Source: Eledone cirrhosa (Eukaryota). Taken from it: a stretch of DNA of 64,000 nt. Both the position numbers and the translations under genes were made by a program. The stretch lies in the NCBI GenBank assembly GCA_964016885.1, contig OZ024741.1, positions 30,008,001 through 30,072,000 of the forward strand, given 5' to 3'. Under the pieces are notes generated by a model. That model was not told the origin of the DNA and made no database searches. It was given only the letters and a program-made list of their open reading frames with translations. This document shows, one piece after another, positions 12,544 to 27,159 of this stretch (positions are counted from its first letter, which is position 1; the number at the start of each line of letters is the position of its first letter).

Positions 12544-12548
<5 letters not shown>
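9543..12548 (-). mobile_element. Penelope-like element (Neptune-like) with inverted terminal repeat
   Basis: 9543-9764 is the reverse complement of 12295-12516. Encloses an RT plus GIY-YIG remnant. (TA)n on both sides. Confidence 0.9.
10609..12290 (-). pseudogene. Frameshifted PLE RT plus GIY-YIG ORF
   Basis: LVTFDVVNLYSNIP; QKSGTAMGTKTAPTYANL; WKRYLDDCF; DIYYKPTD; CDRPNCGIC linker; NLIYVLTSSGCREQYIGQT. Confidence 0.9.
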
Positions 12549-12580
<32 letters not shown>

Positions 12581-12665
12581 GTGAGTTTGCAATAAATGCG
12601 TCCGTAGGCGGTATGCCGTTTCAGCACTCGATGCTCGCGCAGAGCAGAGTATATTATTATAGATG

Positions 12666-12843
12666 ATTGTTTCTACTTTAGGCACAAGGCCAGCAATTAC
12701 CCAGTGCATTACTGGTACTTTATTTTATCGACCTCGTAAGGATGAAAGGCAAAGTCAACCTCGGATGGATTTGAACTCAGACCGTAAAGGGACGTAACTA
12801 TGGTGGAAAGCATGGCGTCCGACTCTCTACTGATACTGCTAAT
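12666..12843 (-). mobile_element. tRNA-derived SINE (family A)
   Basis: A box (gcagtatcagtagag), B box (gagttcaaatcc), core gcctttcatccttacg.ggtcgataaaataaagtaccag. Confidence 0.85.
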
Positions 12844-12973
12844 AGTCAATAATGAGGAATTAGTGATGCATCAAAACACAATTTATTAACATATTACATA
12901 TGTTTTTCCGACGATCAGCTCAAGGCAGGATCTGTTACAGTTCGAACCTGATTCTGCATTCGCAAGTTATCTA

Positions 12974-13016
<43 letters not shown>

Positions 13017-13025
13017 ATATATATA

Positions 13026-13116
<91 letters not shown>

Positions 13117-13980
13117 TGAGTACAAATAAATGATCCATCAACATAAAAGGTGAAAGGTGAGATTATTTTATAAACAATATGACTTAGCTCCGCATTACTA
13201 GTAGATTGAAGACGAAATCTTAGTCACCAAATGTATTGGAGAAATTAAAATGAAGAATGGAGTTAGGGATGCTCGTTCCATTAGTTCGTTCCTATCACAT
13301 TCCGTTGTGCAATTCAATTATAAGGTCTTAATTGCCTTTTGGTCCTGTTGTTCATTTCCCAGACATCTACTTGGCTACCTTTCCTAATTATTGTGCTACA
13401 TGTGGTATATTCCTGATGCTACGTTTAGCATCTTCCGAACACTACTAGCCACTACAAAGCATTTTCAACATCTGAATTACACCACATAAATATATTTTAT
13501 TCTCTCGGAATACAGGTATTCTTATCTTCAATTTTGAAGCTCACGAGAGAAATGTCTTTGCACAGAATACAGGAGTTTGGATATCAGCTCGCATAGGTAA
13601 ACCACGTGCACACACATACGCACACACACACGGGATTGTCAGACCCAACGAACTATATAGATATTCAACAACACACATTCAATCACACATACACATTTCA
13701 ATTGGCAATAGAGATATAGCTCGAACTGCACAGACATACACATAGACACATACACTCACGCACACACAAACTCCGACAAATACCACCAAGAACAGAATAC
13801 TCGCCACAACACAGAAACCTACTGACACACACATGTGCACACACACATGTGCACACACACATGTGCACACACACATGTGCACACACACATGTGCACACAC
13901 ACATACACCCACACCCACACATACACACACACATAGACACACACACACACACAGAGACACACACACACACACACAAACTA

Positions 13981-14135
13981 ACAGTATAGAGGAGTTTCTC
14001 CGGAGGACGGTGACGGAGACGCACTGGAAGAACCATTCCAGTTCATCAGGCTCACACCTGCGTGTAGCCAACTCTATGCCGATGGTGGTAAGTAGGGAAG
14101 TGGTTCTGGTGCCAAGGACACCAGAAGTCTGTTGA
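13981..14135 (-). mobile_element. CRE-like non-LTR retrotransposon 3' fragment (restriction-like endonuclease C-terminus)
   Basis: TSGVLG..RRCEPDELEWFFQCVSVTVLRRNSSIL. Homologous to 42635-42812 and 57060-57290. Confidence 0.6.
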
Positions 14136-14267
14136 ACAGTGAAGCCAGAGGAAACAGCCTTAAATAAATTACAGAAGGGAGGTCAAGACATAATGGAACC
14201 AGAGGCCAAAGCAAATGAAAATTGGATTTATGGGCTAAAAAATATTAACACGTTATACCTCTGTGCG

Positions 14268-14730
14268 TAGGTAGACCAACAAAAACCTGGGACGAGATGA
14301 TAAAAAACTAACCTTGCTCACTTACACCTCTCTAAGACAATGACACTGGATCGAGACCTCTGGCGCAATGCAGTTGTACAGAAGACCCGACTGCCATTGC
14401 ATACAAACCTACAGTCAGTAGGCACCTCTTAACCCGATATACACGTCATCCTCATACCTCTACCCCATCCCCCCTCTCCCGTTCCGTCTACTGTGTCGAT
14501 GACGCAACAGTCCACACTGTAAGGTGGCCGTGTAGGAGACATGGTGAAAAGGATCCCAGTCCACACTGTAAGTGTGGTTGATGTTAGAAAGGGCATCCAG
14601 CTGTAAAACACCTGCCAGAGACGCTTCCGTGCGAACGGGACATGGTATCCCGACCATTCTCGCATGAAATAGAACAAAACCATATAACCCATACTAACGT
14701 GGAAGATGGACGTTAAACGATGATGATGAT
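14268..14730 (+). mobile_element. RTE LINE 3' fragment
   Basis: GRPTKTWDEMIK at the start; 3' UTR shared with 33270-33707; (GAT)n tail. Confidence 0.8.
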
Positions 14731-15012
14731 CCCTGTGACTGTTCGAGACAGAGTTATGGCTAAAAAAGGAGCGAATTTGGGTGAAACTATGGACGTTCAG
14801 AATATATATGTATATATATTATATATAAACTTGAAACGGTATCCTGCATAGCTAAGATCATATAATGTATCAATCACGATGGACGTAGACAACGGAAACA
14901 CGCACAAAACTCAGTGCAGTCCCTACACATCAGTCGACCGCTGGAGGTCATCGTGGCTTCGTTCCTTTATGTTTGATACCACTAGCTCCAGTGCATAAAA
15001 TCTCTCTCTCTT

Positions 15013-15122
<110 letters not shown>

Positions 15123-15213
15123 AATAAATATATATAAATATATAGATACATATATATATACATATTAGGAAAATAAGAAAAAACGAATAACAGCAAAGCA
15201 TTAAAAAAAAATG

Positions 15214-15262
15214 TATAGTACCGGTTTCAGTCGATAACAATTTCGGCTTCTTCATGCTACAG
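15214..15262 (-). ncRNA. Degenerate minimal hammerhead
   Basis: tgtag-CATGAAGA-agccga..tcgact-GAAA-ccgg-ta-ctata. The core has an extra A. Confidence 0.5.
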
Positions 15263-15365
15263 GAAATATGATAAAAAATATATAATAAAATTAAGGTGTA
15301 TATTAGTTACAAGAAGATATTAGAGAACATAGTTTACATATATATAAAAATTCACATTTCCGCGC

Positions 15366-15484
<119 letters not shown>

Positions 15485-16141
15485 TGTGTATGTGTGTGTG
15501 TGTGTGTGTGTGTAATACCTTGCAGTAACAGCCGACCATAAACAAGGTACGACTGAAATAGTAAGTACTCATCTATTTCTAACTCCATACAAAGTAATTT
15601 ACTGTCTGGTGCTGGTATTCTAAAATGCAAAAGGACAAATATCTGCACTAGATTACCCTATAGCCATCGACCATCAAATTACTCTATCCTTACTCCCAGA
15701 ATGATTATAACCACCTCATCCATCAGCTACACTAGTCGTAGCTATTGTTTTATCTTCATTAGCACTGTTATATAAATACAATACATTGTCTGGTGATTTG
15801 CTTACCATGGTTTTCTCACAATAACACATACTGACATTTCATCTGCAGGTGTTGTACTACTCACTGTGTTTAGAATGTATGAAATCAATTAGTAGCTCGC
15901 AGACGATCTCATTCTGCTCTCTGATCACTTAAAGCAATTAAACGTTCTCAGAATTTCTAAATTATCTAAAATATCTAGATGCACACTGTGAACATCTAAA
16001 ACTGTTAGTACACACGCACACACACACACAGACACACACATATATATTCAAACATACATACATATATATATACAAACATACATACATATATATATATATA
16101 TTAACACATATTCACGCACGCATATATATACATATACATAC

Positions 16142-16196
<55 letters not shown>

Positions 16197-16201
<5 letters not shown>

Positions 16202-16777
16202 GTAAGTATGCATGTATACGTACATACATATATGTATACAGACGTACAGTAGCATGCACATATATATATATATATACATATATATATACATATGCATACA
16301 GGTACACATACATATATGCACGTATCGGTATGCCTGACCGATTTAACTCACTCAATATGCAAATTAGGCTGCTCAGCCGTTAATTTTCATAAGGAAAGTA
16401 TATACTTTCGAACGTTCAACTATCTGGCAGATGGGTAAACGGTGCTGATGATAGCTAACAAGCTTGAAACTAGTACATCGTTCCTGTGTCAGTGTTGAAC
16501 AAAAAGGTGACGTGGTTGCCTTAACACCGTATGGCATAAATTCAGGCTGTTCAGTTTGTTTACAAACGAACAAAGCGACGTTAGCGCCGCTAAACTGATA
16601 CGTGCATATATGTATGTGTACCTGTATGCATATGTATATATATATGTATATATATATATATATGTGCATGCTACTGTACGTCTGTATACATATATGTATG
16701 TACGTATACATGCATACTTACATTTAAGTAAGTGCCATACTAAGAGTGAGAAATGAAATTTCGTTTTCATTTTGTTT

Positions 16778-16781
<4 letters not shown>
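16197..16781 (+). mobile_element. Circularly permuted copy of the 803-1560 unit with inverted 5' arm and intact hammerhead core
   Basis: 16197-16326 is the reverse complement of 16597-16726. Hammerhead at 16438-16482: aacggtg-CTGATGA-tagctaacaagctt-GAAA-ctagta-catcgtt. Confidence 0.8.
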
Positions 16782-16818
<37 letters not shown>

Positions 16819-17310
16819 AACATATATATATATATGTTTGTGTGTGTGTGTGTGTGTGTGCGTGTGCGTATGTATGTGTGTGTGTATGTGTGTAAGCCGT
16901 GTGCGTACCAAATGTTATATATATATATATATAATGAGAGAGAGAGGGGGAGAGAGACAGACACAGAAAGAGAGGGTGAGAGAAAGAGAGATAGATAGAT
17001 AGAGAGAGAGAGAAAGAAAGAAAGAGAGAGTGGGAGAAAGAGAGAGTGAGGCAAAGTGAGGAAGAGAGAGAGATAAACACACAAGTCTATATATAAAGAG
17101 ATTTATAATAAACTTGTGTCTTTTTTTGTGCCATTTTTCTGTTTTTTCTCTACAATTCTCTCATTCTATCTTTCTGAAGATGAGCCTGTATTTCAAATAC
17201 CATCGTGTTTCTGTTGCAATTTTCAAAACGACAACACTCTAACTATACTTATGTACCTTGTCTTTTGTGTTTTCAAAAATGCTGATCCTATATAGTAGCA
17301 TACAGAGAAA

Positions 17311-17486
17311 TAATTGTTTCTACTGTTGGCACAAGGCCAGCAATTACCCAGTACATTACTGGTTCTTTATTTTATCGACCCCGTAAGAATGAAAGGCAAA
17401 GTTAACCTCGTTGGGAACTCAGACCGTAAAGTGACGTAACTATGCTAGAAAGCATGGCGTCCAACCTTCTACCGATACAGCCAATT
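17311..17486 (-). mobile_element. tRNA-derived SINE (family A)
   Basis: Same core as 12666-12843. Confidence 0.85.
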
Positions 17487-17875
17487 CCCAATCCATATAG
17501 TGAAATAATGCTTGGCAGTCTGCATATTTGTTGCACTGAGGAGATTAAGTAAAATGAGACCACCATTACAAGTTGAAGTGATACACTTCCTTTAAGAATG
17601 TTCTGGAAGGTGTAGCATGCGAGTCAGGGATCACTTATTGCCTGAACTGGCCCAAGTCTCACGGATAGATTTAAAACAATGCAGTAGGGTTTGATCTACT
17701 CTGTAAGGGAACATGGTAACAGAAATGGACATATTATGATCGCTTTAGAATACATCAGTCACGATATTCAGTTTATAGGGATGGTGATCTGTTTTTCTCT
17801 GTGCATTAGAGGTCCTGCGTTTGCCAAAACGCATGTAGTGCTGTTATGAGCAAATTATCTATCTATCTATCTATC

Positions 17876-19470
17876 ATGGTGTCGAGCGCCTCGCAAATCG
17901 AGAAAGTCGGCACCTTACTGAAAGAATACGAAAGGTTCACAGGAGCGAAGCTTAACCGGGACAAGTCCATCGGTTTGCAACTCGGATCGTGGAGAGGCAG
18001 AACGATGCCTTCCGATGGCGTTGTCGGACGCTGGACGGAAGGATCAGTAAAGCTGCTCGGGGTCTGATTTGGTCCGGAACTCCAGGTGGAGAAGAACTGA
18101 AACGAGGTGTCGGCCAAGGTGTTTGCACTCACCCAGAAGTGGGCCGAGTGCAAACTATCCTTGAAAGGTCGAGCGGAGGTGGCGAACACTTTTATAGCGT
18201 CCGCCATCTACTACCGCTTGACCGTCGTGCCTTGTCCAGCCAAAACGCTCGCCAAAATGGAGCGCCCGCTCTTCCTATTCCTTGGGAAGACTCGGGCTCC
18301 TATGTTGAGAAGATCCATCTGTTGCCAACGCCCTTCCAACGGGGGCTGGGTATGCCGTGGTTGACGATGCGCAAACACGCACTCAGCCTCGGCATCTCTA
18401 CGTATTCCTCACCGGACAACCGGTGTGGGCTCCGTTCGTGAGGCGAGCCTTCCCACGACTCGTCTCGTTGACCGAGCTGCAGTCCTGGGCCACTCAAAGA
18501 CCGAGGAAAATGGGCGACTGACACATCGAATGTGCTCAGGCGCTCACAGCCCTCTGGCAAGCGGAACCGGCGATCAGTGGAGACTCCAGTTCGTCATTCT
18601 ATAGAGGGTTGATCCACAGCAAGTGTGACGACGTGCTCGGTGAAACTCTGGGCGTATAGGAAGACGAACTGGCCAGTCTGTTCGGTAGGACCTTCCGCCC
18701 GGGACCGATGGACAACTTCCAAAAGTCCCTGGCCTGGCAGTTCTACCGAGGAGCTCTACCACTTCGAGACAAGCTCTACAGACATGGGCGCCCGGGCAGG
18801 GACCCTGCAAAAAAGATCTGTCCGAGGTGCGTACGAGACGAAGAAACCGTCGCGCACGCATTCATACACTGCTCGGGCGTCACCGACCTGTGGGGCTATG
18901 TAGAACGACTATTGTCGCGGGTGGGACCAATCCGGTTGACCACCGAGTCCATTGTCATGATCAAACCCCACCCTCCTTCAAAAACGAAGGAGAGGCGGTT
19001 TTCTTTTGTGTGATAGCTATGGCGAAAGAGGTTGTATGGTGGACAAGGTTGAAAGGGCTGAAGTCAGACACCTTTCTCTCCGGCCAACAACTGATTCTTT
19101 TTTTCAAATACTACTTTAGGAGAAGAATCAGGATGGAGAGAGAGTTACTGTACCCCAGCAAGTTTTATGAAAGGTGGGTTAAAGTGGCGTGAATGGCCCG
19201 AGTGAATGGGCCTTCTCTCTATATCAGCCTGTAGGTTGAGGAAAAGGAGGAGGAGAGGAAAGGAGTACAAACTCTTCATACTCCTGGAGATGAGGGTAGC
19301 ACATATTTTCAGGGGTATGTGTTACCCATATGAACTGTCTCCCCTATTGGGGAAAATCGACTAATTTTTAAATTGCATTTGTGATAATATTTTACACGTT
19401 TTAATTGTATGTAAACTTCCCCCTTTGTATTTGTCCCCTTCTTTTGTGCCCCTGTGGCTAATAAAGAAAC
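17876..19470 (+). mobile_element. 5'-truncated Tx1/L1-clade LINE, degenerate
   Basis: Colinear with 50425-52050 (MVSSASQIEK..GAKLNRDKS..; CPRC..EETVAHAFIHC). Stops and frameshifts present. (TATC)n on both sides. Confidence 0.9.
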
Positions 19471-19484
19471 ATATCTATCTATCT

Positions 19485-19632
19485 CGACTGTGCACAGGCG
19501 CTCACAGCCCTCTACCAAGCGAAAACGGCAATCAGCGTAGACTCAACATTCTATAGGGGATTAGTGGAGGGTAAGTGCGAAGACGTTCTCGGGGAAACTC
19601 TAGGCATCGAAGAGAACAAACTGGCCAGTCTG
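19485..19632 (+). mobile_element. Small fragment of the same Tx1-like family
   Basis: caggcgctcacagccctct..ctggccagtctgt repeats 18535-18681. Followed by (TCTG/TCTA)n. Confidence 0.7.
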
Positions 19633-19969
19633 TCTATCTGTCTGTCTATCTATCTGTCTGTCTACCTATCTAACTATATGTTTCTCTCTCTCATCATCTA
19701 AATACAAACACATATAAACTAACAAACAAACACACATACACACACATATATATATGTGAGTGAATGTGCGTGTGTGTGTATATTTGTATGTATGTGTTAA
19801 TTTGTGTGTGTGTAACTGTTTCATCTATTTTTATTGTAAAGTACTTATAACTGTCTTTCTATATTTTATCCAACTTCTTTTAGTCTCGTTAATTCCTTCT
19901 CTCTACAGACACAGATATATATACACACTCATACCCACAAACAAATATACACGCCTGCACAAACGCACT

Positions 19970-20111
<142 letters not shown>

Positions 20112-21596
20112 ATTATGTGTGTATATATATGTATAGATGTATATGCATTTTATATACACGTAAGTCTAGCTAAAATATCCATTTGCTAATTGGGATAGGT
20201 GTAATAGAACTCATTTTAATTAAATTAATTGACGTCAAATGTGAGATATAAAATTAGAAAAATCACGTGTTGTGGAGTTCTTAACTAAGCCATCCGTACC
20301 AAGTTTGTTATAGTTTCACTAAGATTGTATTCCAACGTGTTTTATAGTAACACATTTAACATTTTTGATTTTATCAATAACCCACCTGTGTCATAACTTA
20401 TTTAACAAATTTGAAAATGTCTTAGGACTATGTAGATCACCTCAATGACACATTTGTGTCTGGTCACTGGTCAAATTCTAGAACAAACAATGATGCAAAA
20501 AACTACATTTATGATTTCAGAGGATCCTAGAATATATAAGAAAATCTCACGTTGGTGATGAGGTGTCTTTGGTAGTGGTCACTATATGGGTGCTTGAACA
20601 CATATATGATGTACAGATAACTGTTGTTTTTTTTATTAAGATAGTAACTATTTTAAAATGAATTTATATTTTTGATTGATGCATCCATCTTTTTTTTTTT
20701 TTTGAAAAGGATAATTTCATTCATTATTAGTAACATCGTAACTTAATCTGTTTAATGTTTCAGTGCTAGCTACGTAGATTTCAGAGCATTCTTTCATGGC
20801 TGCATTCTCCCAGACGAAAATCAGAGGTAGGTGCGTGCACTTTATTATGGGTGGAGTTTGAGCCAAGAAAAAACTTTGAACGAAAATGACAAACAATTCT
20901 CTATATATTTTATTCATTAAATATAAACAATGTTGTCTCGACGACTGAGGTGGAGCGAAAGTGTATTAGAATTCATAAAAAAAATGAGAAAAGAATCAAC
21001 GCATGGATAGCTGTTAAAACAGCAAAATGCCGCCAATGACAGCGTCGGATAAAATTCCCCCAAAGGACTAAAATTGGTCGCTAGAAGTGTGTTGGACCGC
21101 AGAAGTGATAGCAAGAATGACGCCAAGGAAGAAAAGGAAAATGAAGGAATCACGGCCACAGAAACATCTTTTCATCTCTTCATCTCTCAGACTGTCTGTG
21201 GTTTCGTACGATTTAATTTGACAGGATCACATAAAATGTGATGTGTGAAAATATTCGCTGTAAATTTCTGGAATATCAACGTTTTCCTAATTTCCCTAAA
21301 GTATGTGAAAGTAGAAACAGTTTCAAATATTTAATGATTTATTGTCATTTTCTGTGTAGTTAATAATTTTGCTTCGAATCTACGTAGTTTCAAATTCGTT
21401 AACTTTGTCAGGCAACTGGATAAAATATCGTTTACATGAATCTCGGATTGATCAACATCTTGTGAGTGATATTTCGTAGTTGTTAGCTGTGTGGCAACCG
21501 GTCTTTGGGACAGGGGTCAGTTTCTGTTAGTGGTTGGTATATGGCATCTCTCATCCAGATTAACAGCACCAAACGGGGACTGGATATATTTGAGTG

Positions 21597-21775
21597 GTGA
21601 TGATGAGGATGAGGAAAAGAGTAGCGGTGGTGGATATTATGATAATGGTGACGATGTGATGGTGATGATGATGATGATAATGATGATGATGATGATGAGT
21701 ATGATGATCATGATGATGATTATGAATATGATGAGGATGATGATGATGAATATGATGATGATGATGATGATGACA
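21597..21775. repeat. (ATG)n trinucleotide microsatellite
   Basis: Long imperfect gat/atg run. Confidence 0.9.
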
Positions 21776-21974
21776 TCGATAACAATTAAGACAATTAATA
21801 TGATGTTACTGATAAGGATGGTAGAATATCTTTAGGTTAGTAATTTTGTAATGTCTTGATATGGTGGTGCATGTGGTGGTTTGTGTTGTATTGATGTAAA
21901 TCAAGTAATAATACAGATGTGATTCTTGGTGCCAATGCTAATTCCAATGTTATATACCTGCTTTTGGAAAATAA

Positions 21975-22163
21975 TAATTGTTTCTACTTTTGGCACAAGG
22001 CCTGCAATTATCCCAGTGTATTACTGATACTTTATTTTATCGACCCCGTAAGGATGGAAGGCAAATTTAACCTCAATGGGATTTGAACTCAGACCGTAAA
22101 GGGACATAACTATGAGGCAAAGCATAGCGTTTGACTCTCTACCGATACTGCCAATCCACCGCC
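21975..22163 (-). mobile_element. tRNA-derived SINE (family A)
   Basis: Same core as the other copies. Confidence 0.85.
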
Positions 22164-22747
22164 CGTTGGAAAATAATGATATTAGATTTTTTCTTCATCA
22201 TAATATTTATAGAAAAAAAAATAGAGTCACGGTGTTCTATTTGAAGTATAGGCCACACGTTTATTGCAGAGTAGTCTTTCCTTATTTCTCTATTTCAACC
22301 GTATAACAAAGAAGGAATCACAAATGAGCAATGTCACTCGTTTGAACTCAATATCATACTATATAGCTAATCTCAAGAGTTCATTTTCATTTATAGAGTT
22401 ACGATAAATATATAAGATTCTGGGTTTTCTTCCAGTTTAATATCCTACCGAGATACAGCTTCACAAAAAACAACAAAATGTAACATTAACAGCAACAACA
22501 TAAACTCTATGACGAATATCATCAGGTTTCTAGAATGATATTACAAACCACAAACAGTTTTATTCTTTCTAGTATTTAGGGTTTTGGTTTTGATTGTTTT
22601 GTTTTCGCTTGTCATACAATAATACCTGTATTTATTTTTAAGGTGTAGAATGGTTGATGTTATATATTAATCAATTCCTTTGATCTAAGAAACAACTGTT
22701 ATTAAAATACTGTTTTATGAATTTTCATTTCAGCAATTGAGCAATGT

Positions 22748-22866
22748 AATAACAACAACATCTACAACAACAACAACAACAACAACGACGACAATAACAA
22801 CAACAACAACACCACCACCGCCACCAACAACAACAACAATAATAATAATAATTATAATATTAATAA

Positions 22867-22909
<43 letters not shown>

Positions 22910-22913
22910 AATG

Positions 22914-22946
<33 letters not shown>
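22748..22946. repeat. Compound (CAA)n(CCA)n(TAA)n microsatellite
   Basis: Seen directly. Confidence 0.9.
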
Positions 22947-23954
22947 TGGAAGAATGAAGAACAAGTAAAAAGGTAAAGGCAATGAAATGAAAGAAATGTT
23001 TTATTTTATTCTATTTTATTTTCAACATGATTTTAATTTTTATATTTTTATTGCTTTGCTTAATACAGTTTGCCGAGCACTATACAAGTAAATTCCCATC
23101 GACATTGATACGATAGAAATCGCTTAGTCATTGAAGCACAACGGACAGCTAAACAACATCCGAAATAAATGACAAACTCAACCAACTCAAATTGCAATGG
23201 GGAATTTTGTCTTAATTTAAAAACGTGTGATTATTTATGACAAAACGGATGGCTGTTTCTGAAGGGGGAAGGTGTAAGGATGGAGCTTTCTAATATATAA
23301 CCTCAGACAAACAGTATAAATGGTGTTGGGCTTTGAAGTAGTCGATCATGCAGGTGATAGAAGATTGCGATGGTGTCATATGCTAGAAACTGAGAGCGCT
23401 GAAGCTTACGGAATATGGAGATGGTGAACTAAGTATACCATAAAACATGGTGGATACTGGAGAGACAATATATTGCAATATATTACAGTCCTCGAATTTA
23501 TTCCCAACAATTCTAATTGATGTTAGCAGATCTAGGACTTGCTGAGGGATATTGATTTTTTATATTTTTCCCCATTTATTACTAACCCTTTTATATTTGG
23601 CAATAAATATTTCCAGGACACAGATAACGTTCTCGTGAGAACTCTGTTCACAGTTAACCTATGTAATATTGCCGAAAAGATGTCATGTTGGTGGCAAGTG
23701 GTACCTTGGGAGATGGTGATGTACAAATAATATAACTTGGAGCATATATTTACCTTGAGATTATCCTTCCACAGACATATTTACAAGTCATCAACACATG
23801 CAAATTCGCACACACACAGACACAGATACACACACACACACACAGACACAGATACACACACACACACACAGACACATATACACACACACACACACACACG
23901 CACATATATGTATATATGTGTGTGTAAACATATGAGTACACACAGACACACACA

Positions 23955-24019
<65 letters not shown>

Positions 24020-24045
24020 GTATATATATATATATATATATATAA

Positions 24046-24134
<89 letters not shown>

Positions 24135-24185
24135 AATATAATAGATATATGTGTGTGCGAGTGTGATATAAATATTTATATATAC

Positions 24186-24236
<51 letters not shown>

Positions 24237-24295
24237 TACACACATATATATATATATTTATATAAATATATATATGTGTGTGTGCGTGTGCGTGT

Positions 24296-24335
<40 letters not shown>

Positions 24336-24785
24336 CCTTTCATTTTTGGGGCGTACGTTTTGTTAATGGATTGCGGCCATACTGAGAAACCACGTTCAAA
24401 TTTATCGAACCACTCATTTACGTGAAATAAAGAGGCACATCTTAAAAACATCACCACACCCTGTAAAAAAGAATATCATTAACATTCAGAAACGCACTCC
24501 TGAAAGTTGCAGTAACATGAATATAGAATATAAGGCAATAGTTTCCTCACTAAAAATAATCTAGTAGACTGCACCGTTATAGCCACCTATTGTATTATTT
24601 GTTTTTCTCCAGGAAAAAATATGGTTTGTTTAAATCCTCTAGAGCTGAATTTAGTATAGTTATGAAGTATAATGTTGACGCAATTAACTAAGGCATTGTA
24701 ACTGCAGGTTCGTCATTATTACAATCTTCCATGTTATCTGTATTAGATCTCTCTGGAGATTTATCCAATTAGTCCCTGTTGACTA

Positions 24786-25128
24786 CTCTCCGGTCCCAAA
24801 TAATAGGGGGTGCGAGTAATAATGGGCTGGTTGTGGTGGTGGAAAATCGGTAATATTCCTAATTTGACTACGTTGATTGTCTTAAAACCAGAATTAGGCG
24901 TTTAGTTTACATATTCAGACGCCAACCCAACTTATTTATTTCATAACGTATGGGAATTCTAATAATGAGTTTTTTTTCGTCATGTATTAAGAAAATTAAA
25001 TGTGACAAGAATGATACCACTTAAATTAAAATTGCCGGAGATAAATTTGCAAAATTTAATAAGTGGGTGGTTGGAAATATCTGAAAAATTAATGGAGGGG
25101 GTAGGGACAATTATTGGAGACCAGAAAG
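24786..25128. mobile_element. MITE with ~19-bp imperfect TIRs and TA target duplication
   Basis: TA|ctctccggtcccaaataat ... attattggagaccagaaag|TA. Confidence 0.6.
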
Positions 25129-25448
25129 TACAACATGTATATTAAATCAGTGTATTTATGGAGACCATTCATTCAATGACCCAGACGCGATGATAATTAT
25201 ACACGTTATACGTCGTTGTTATATCATAACTCAACCTACTGGGACAAACACAGTTGTCTAATTTTCTAAGACGTTTTGATGAGAAGATATGTAAAAGTTA
25301 AAGTGTGCGATGTCATAGGTCTTTTTATCCACAATAGTCTCAGAAGCATGCTCTCGCAGGACATCAGATTGAGTAGGGAAGATCTCTTTGGGGATCAGCT
25401 TGACCGTCGGGCAATGTATCCAATAATCATATATACACTCGACGATCA

Positions 25449-25825
25449 TTTGGCAGTATCAGTAGAGTGTCGGACGCCATGCTTTGACACAGAGATACGG
25501 CTCTTGTCATTCTAAGTTCAAATCTCGCCGAGGTTAACTTTGCTTTTCATCCTTACGGGGTCGATAAAATAAAGTACCAGTAATGCACTGGGTAATTGCT
25601 GACCTTGTGCCAAAAGTAGAAATAATTATCAATGATATTACTGGCGGTGGATTAGCAGTATCGGTAGAGGGTCGGACGCCATGCATAGAGTTACGGTACT
25701 TTTTGATCGGGGTTCAAATCCCGCTGAGGTTAACTTTACATTCCATCCTTACGGGGTCGATAAAATAAAGTACCAGTAATACATTGGGTAATAGCTGGCC
25801 TTGTGCCAAAAGTAGAAGCAATTAT
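25449..25825 (+). mobile_element. Two tandem family A SINEs (25449-25630, 25641-25825)
   Basis: Two successive A box / B box / core units. Confidence 0.85.
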
Positions 25826-25889
25826 TAATGATATTATTAGCATTAACGAGTAACGTCTCATTTCTTTCTCCTTCCATATATACATACAT

Positions 25890-26681
25890 ATATCAACTAG
25901 AAATAGATTGACATATATATATATATATAAAATAAATACATGAAACAATCACAGGGAATAATTTGTAAAGAATGTAAGCACACATAGCTAGCTAGGTAAC
26001 TAATTGAAGTTTGACTAGAACTTCAAATATAGATACCTTTTAAAATGCTTAATCTCCTTTGTATATATTTCTTTAAGTAAGAAATATATTTCACTTATTA
26101 ATCCGTAAATTACAGCAGTTAAATTCTTGGATGTTCACCAAAGGAGCAGAAAATAACCATCTGTGTTTACACAGCAAATGCAAATCTGTGAATGATTCGA
26201 ACCACGTGTTGCATTTTTAAAAAAATACACGCGTTGAACAACGTCATCCCAGTGGCGTGAATAGGACCACCGACAGCCAGAAATAGCAGCCGAGCCTATT
26301 CAACTGAATTAGCTCAACAATCAAGGGGCCGTATATATATCCAAAATTAAAATTAAGGGTTGTCATGTCTGAGAGACATGCGCCATATCCACTGTAGAAT
26401 AAGCTCAAATATTAGATCCGAGCATTACATATCAACTAGAAATTTTAAAAGGAATCTATATTTGAAGTTCTAGTCAAACTTTAATTAGTTACCTACCTAG
26501 ATATATGTGCTTATATTCTTTACAAATTATTCCCTGAGATTGTTTCATGTATTTATTTTATATATTTATATGTCAATCTATTTCTAGTTGATATGTAATG
26601 CTCGGATCTAATCTTTGAGCATATTCTACGGTGGATATGGCACAACTCTCTCACACATGACAACCCTTAATTTTAATTTTG

Positions 26682-26682
<1 letters not shown>
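25890..26682. repeat. Nested inverted repeats (double fold-back insert)
   Basis: 25890-26046 pairs with 26442-26594, and 26342-26442 pairs with 26581-26681. Confidence 0.85.
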
Positions 26683-26739
<57 letters not shown>

Positions 26740-26839
26740 TACGTAAGTGTACATAAATAAATCTATCCATCTATCCATCCCTCTCTCACTCTTTCGCTCT
26801 CTGTATATGTATATACTTACAAACACACACACACACACA

Positions 26840-26896
<57 letters not shown>

Positions 26897-27101
26897 CTGG
26901 GATTCTCTAAGAATCCAGCATCTATAAATTTCAACAGGCATAGGCGAGTGCTAAGCTCTGATGATCAACGACAGTGTAAAATAGATCTGTCAGATTATCT
27001 CCCTTTGTTTGTTGAAAAAAGAAGTAAGTTACATAGTCACTACTATAAAATAATAGCGCAAGGTCTTCAATTATGAACTTTCTGTGTTAATATAGGTTTT
27101 G

Positions 27102-27159
27102 CCGTCTGAAGAGCTCATGCTATCATAATTGATAGTCCTTAGTGAAATATGTATAACGG
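27102..27159 (+). ncRNA. Minimal hammerhead ribozyme
   Basis: ccgt-CTGAAGA-gct..ctatca/taat/tgatag..agt-GAAA-tatgtata-acgg. Stem I is ccgt/acgg. Confidence 0.7.

Noticed and set aside
12581-12660. Partial hammerhead-like motif on the minus strand (agca/tgct-GAAA-cggc..gcc-ta)
   Set aside because: No CUGAnGA core is recognisable.
17560-17830. Possible Tc1/mariner transposase C-terminal remnant on the minus strand
   Set aside because: Too degenerate to support by eye.
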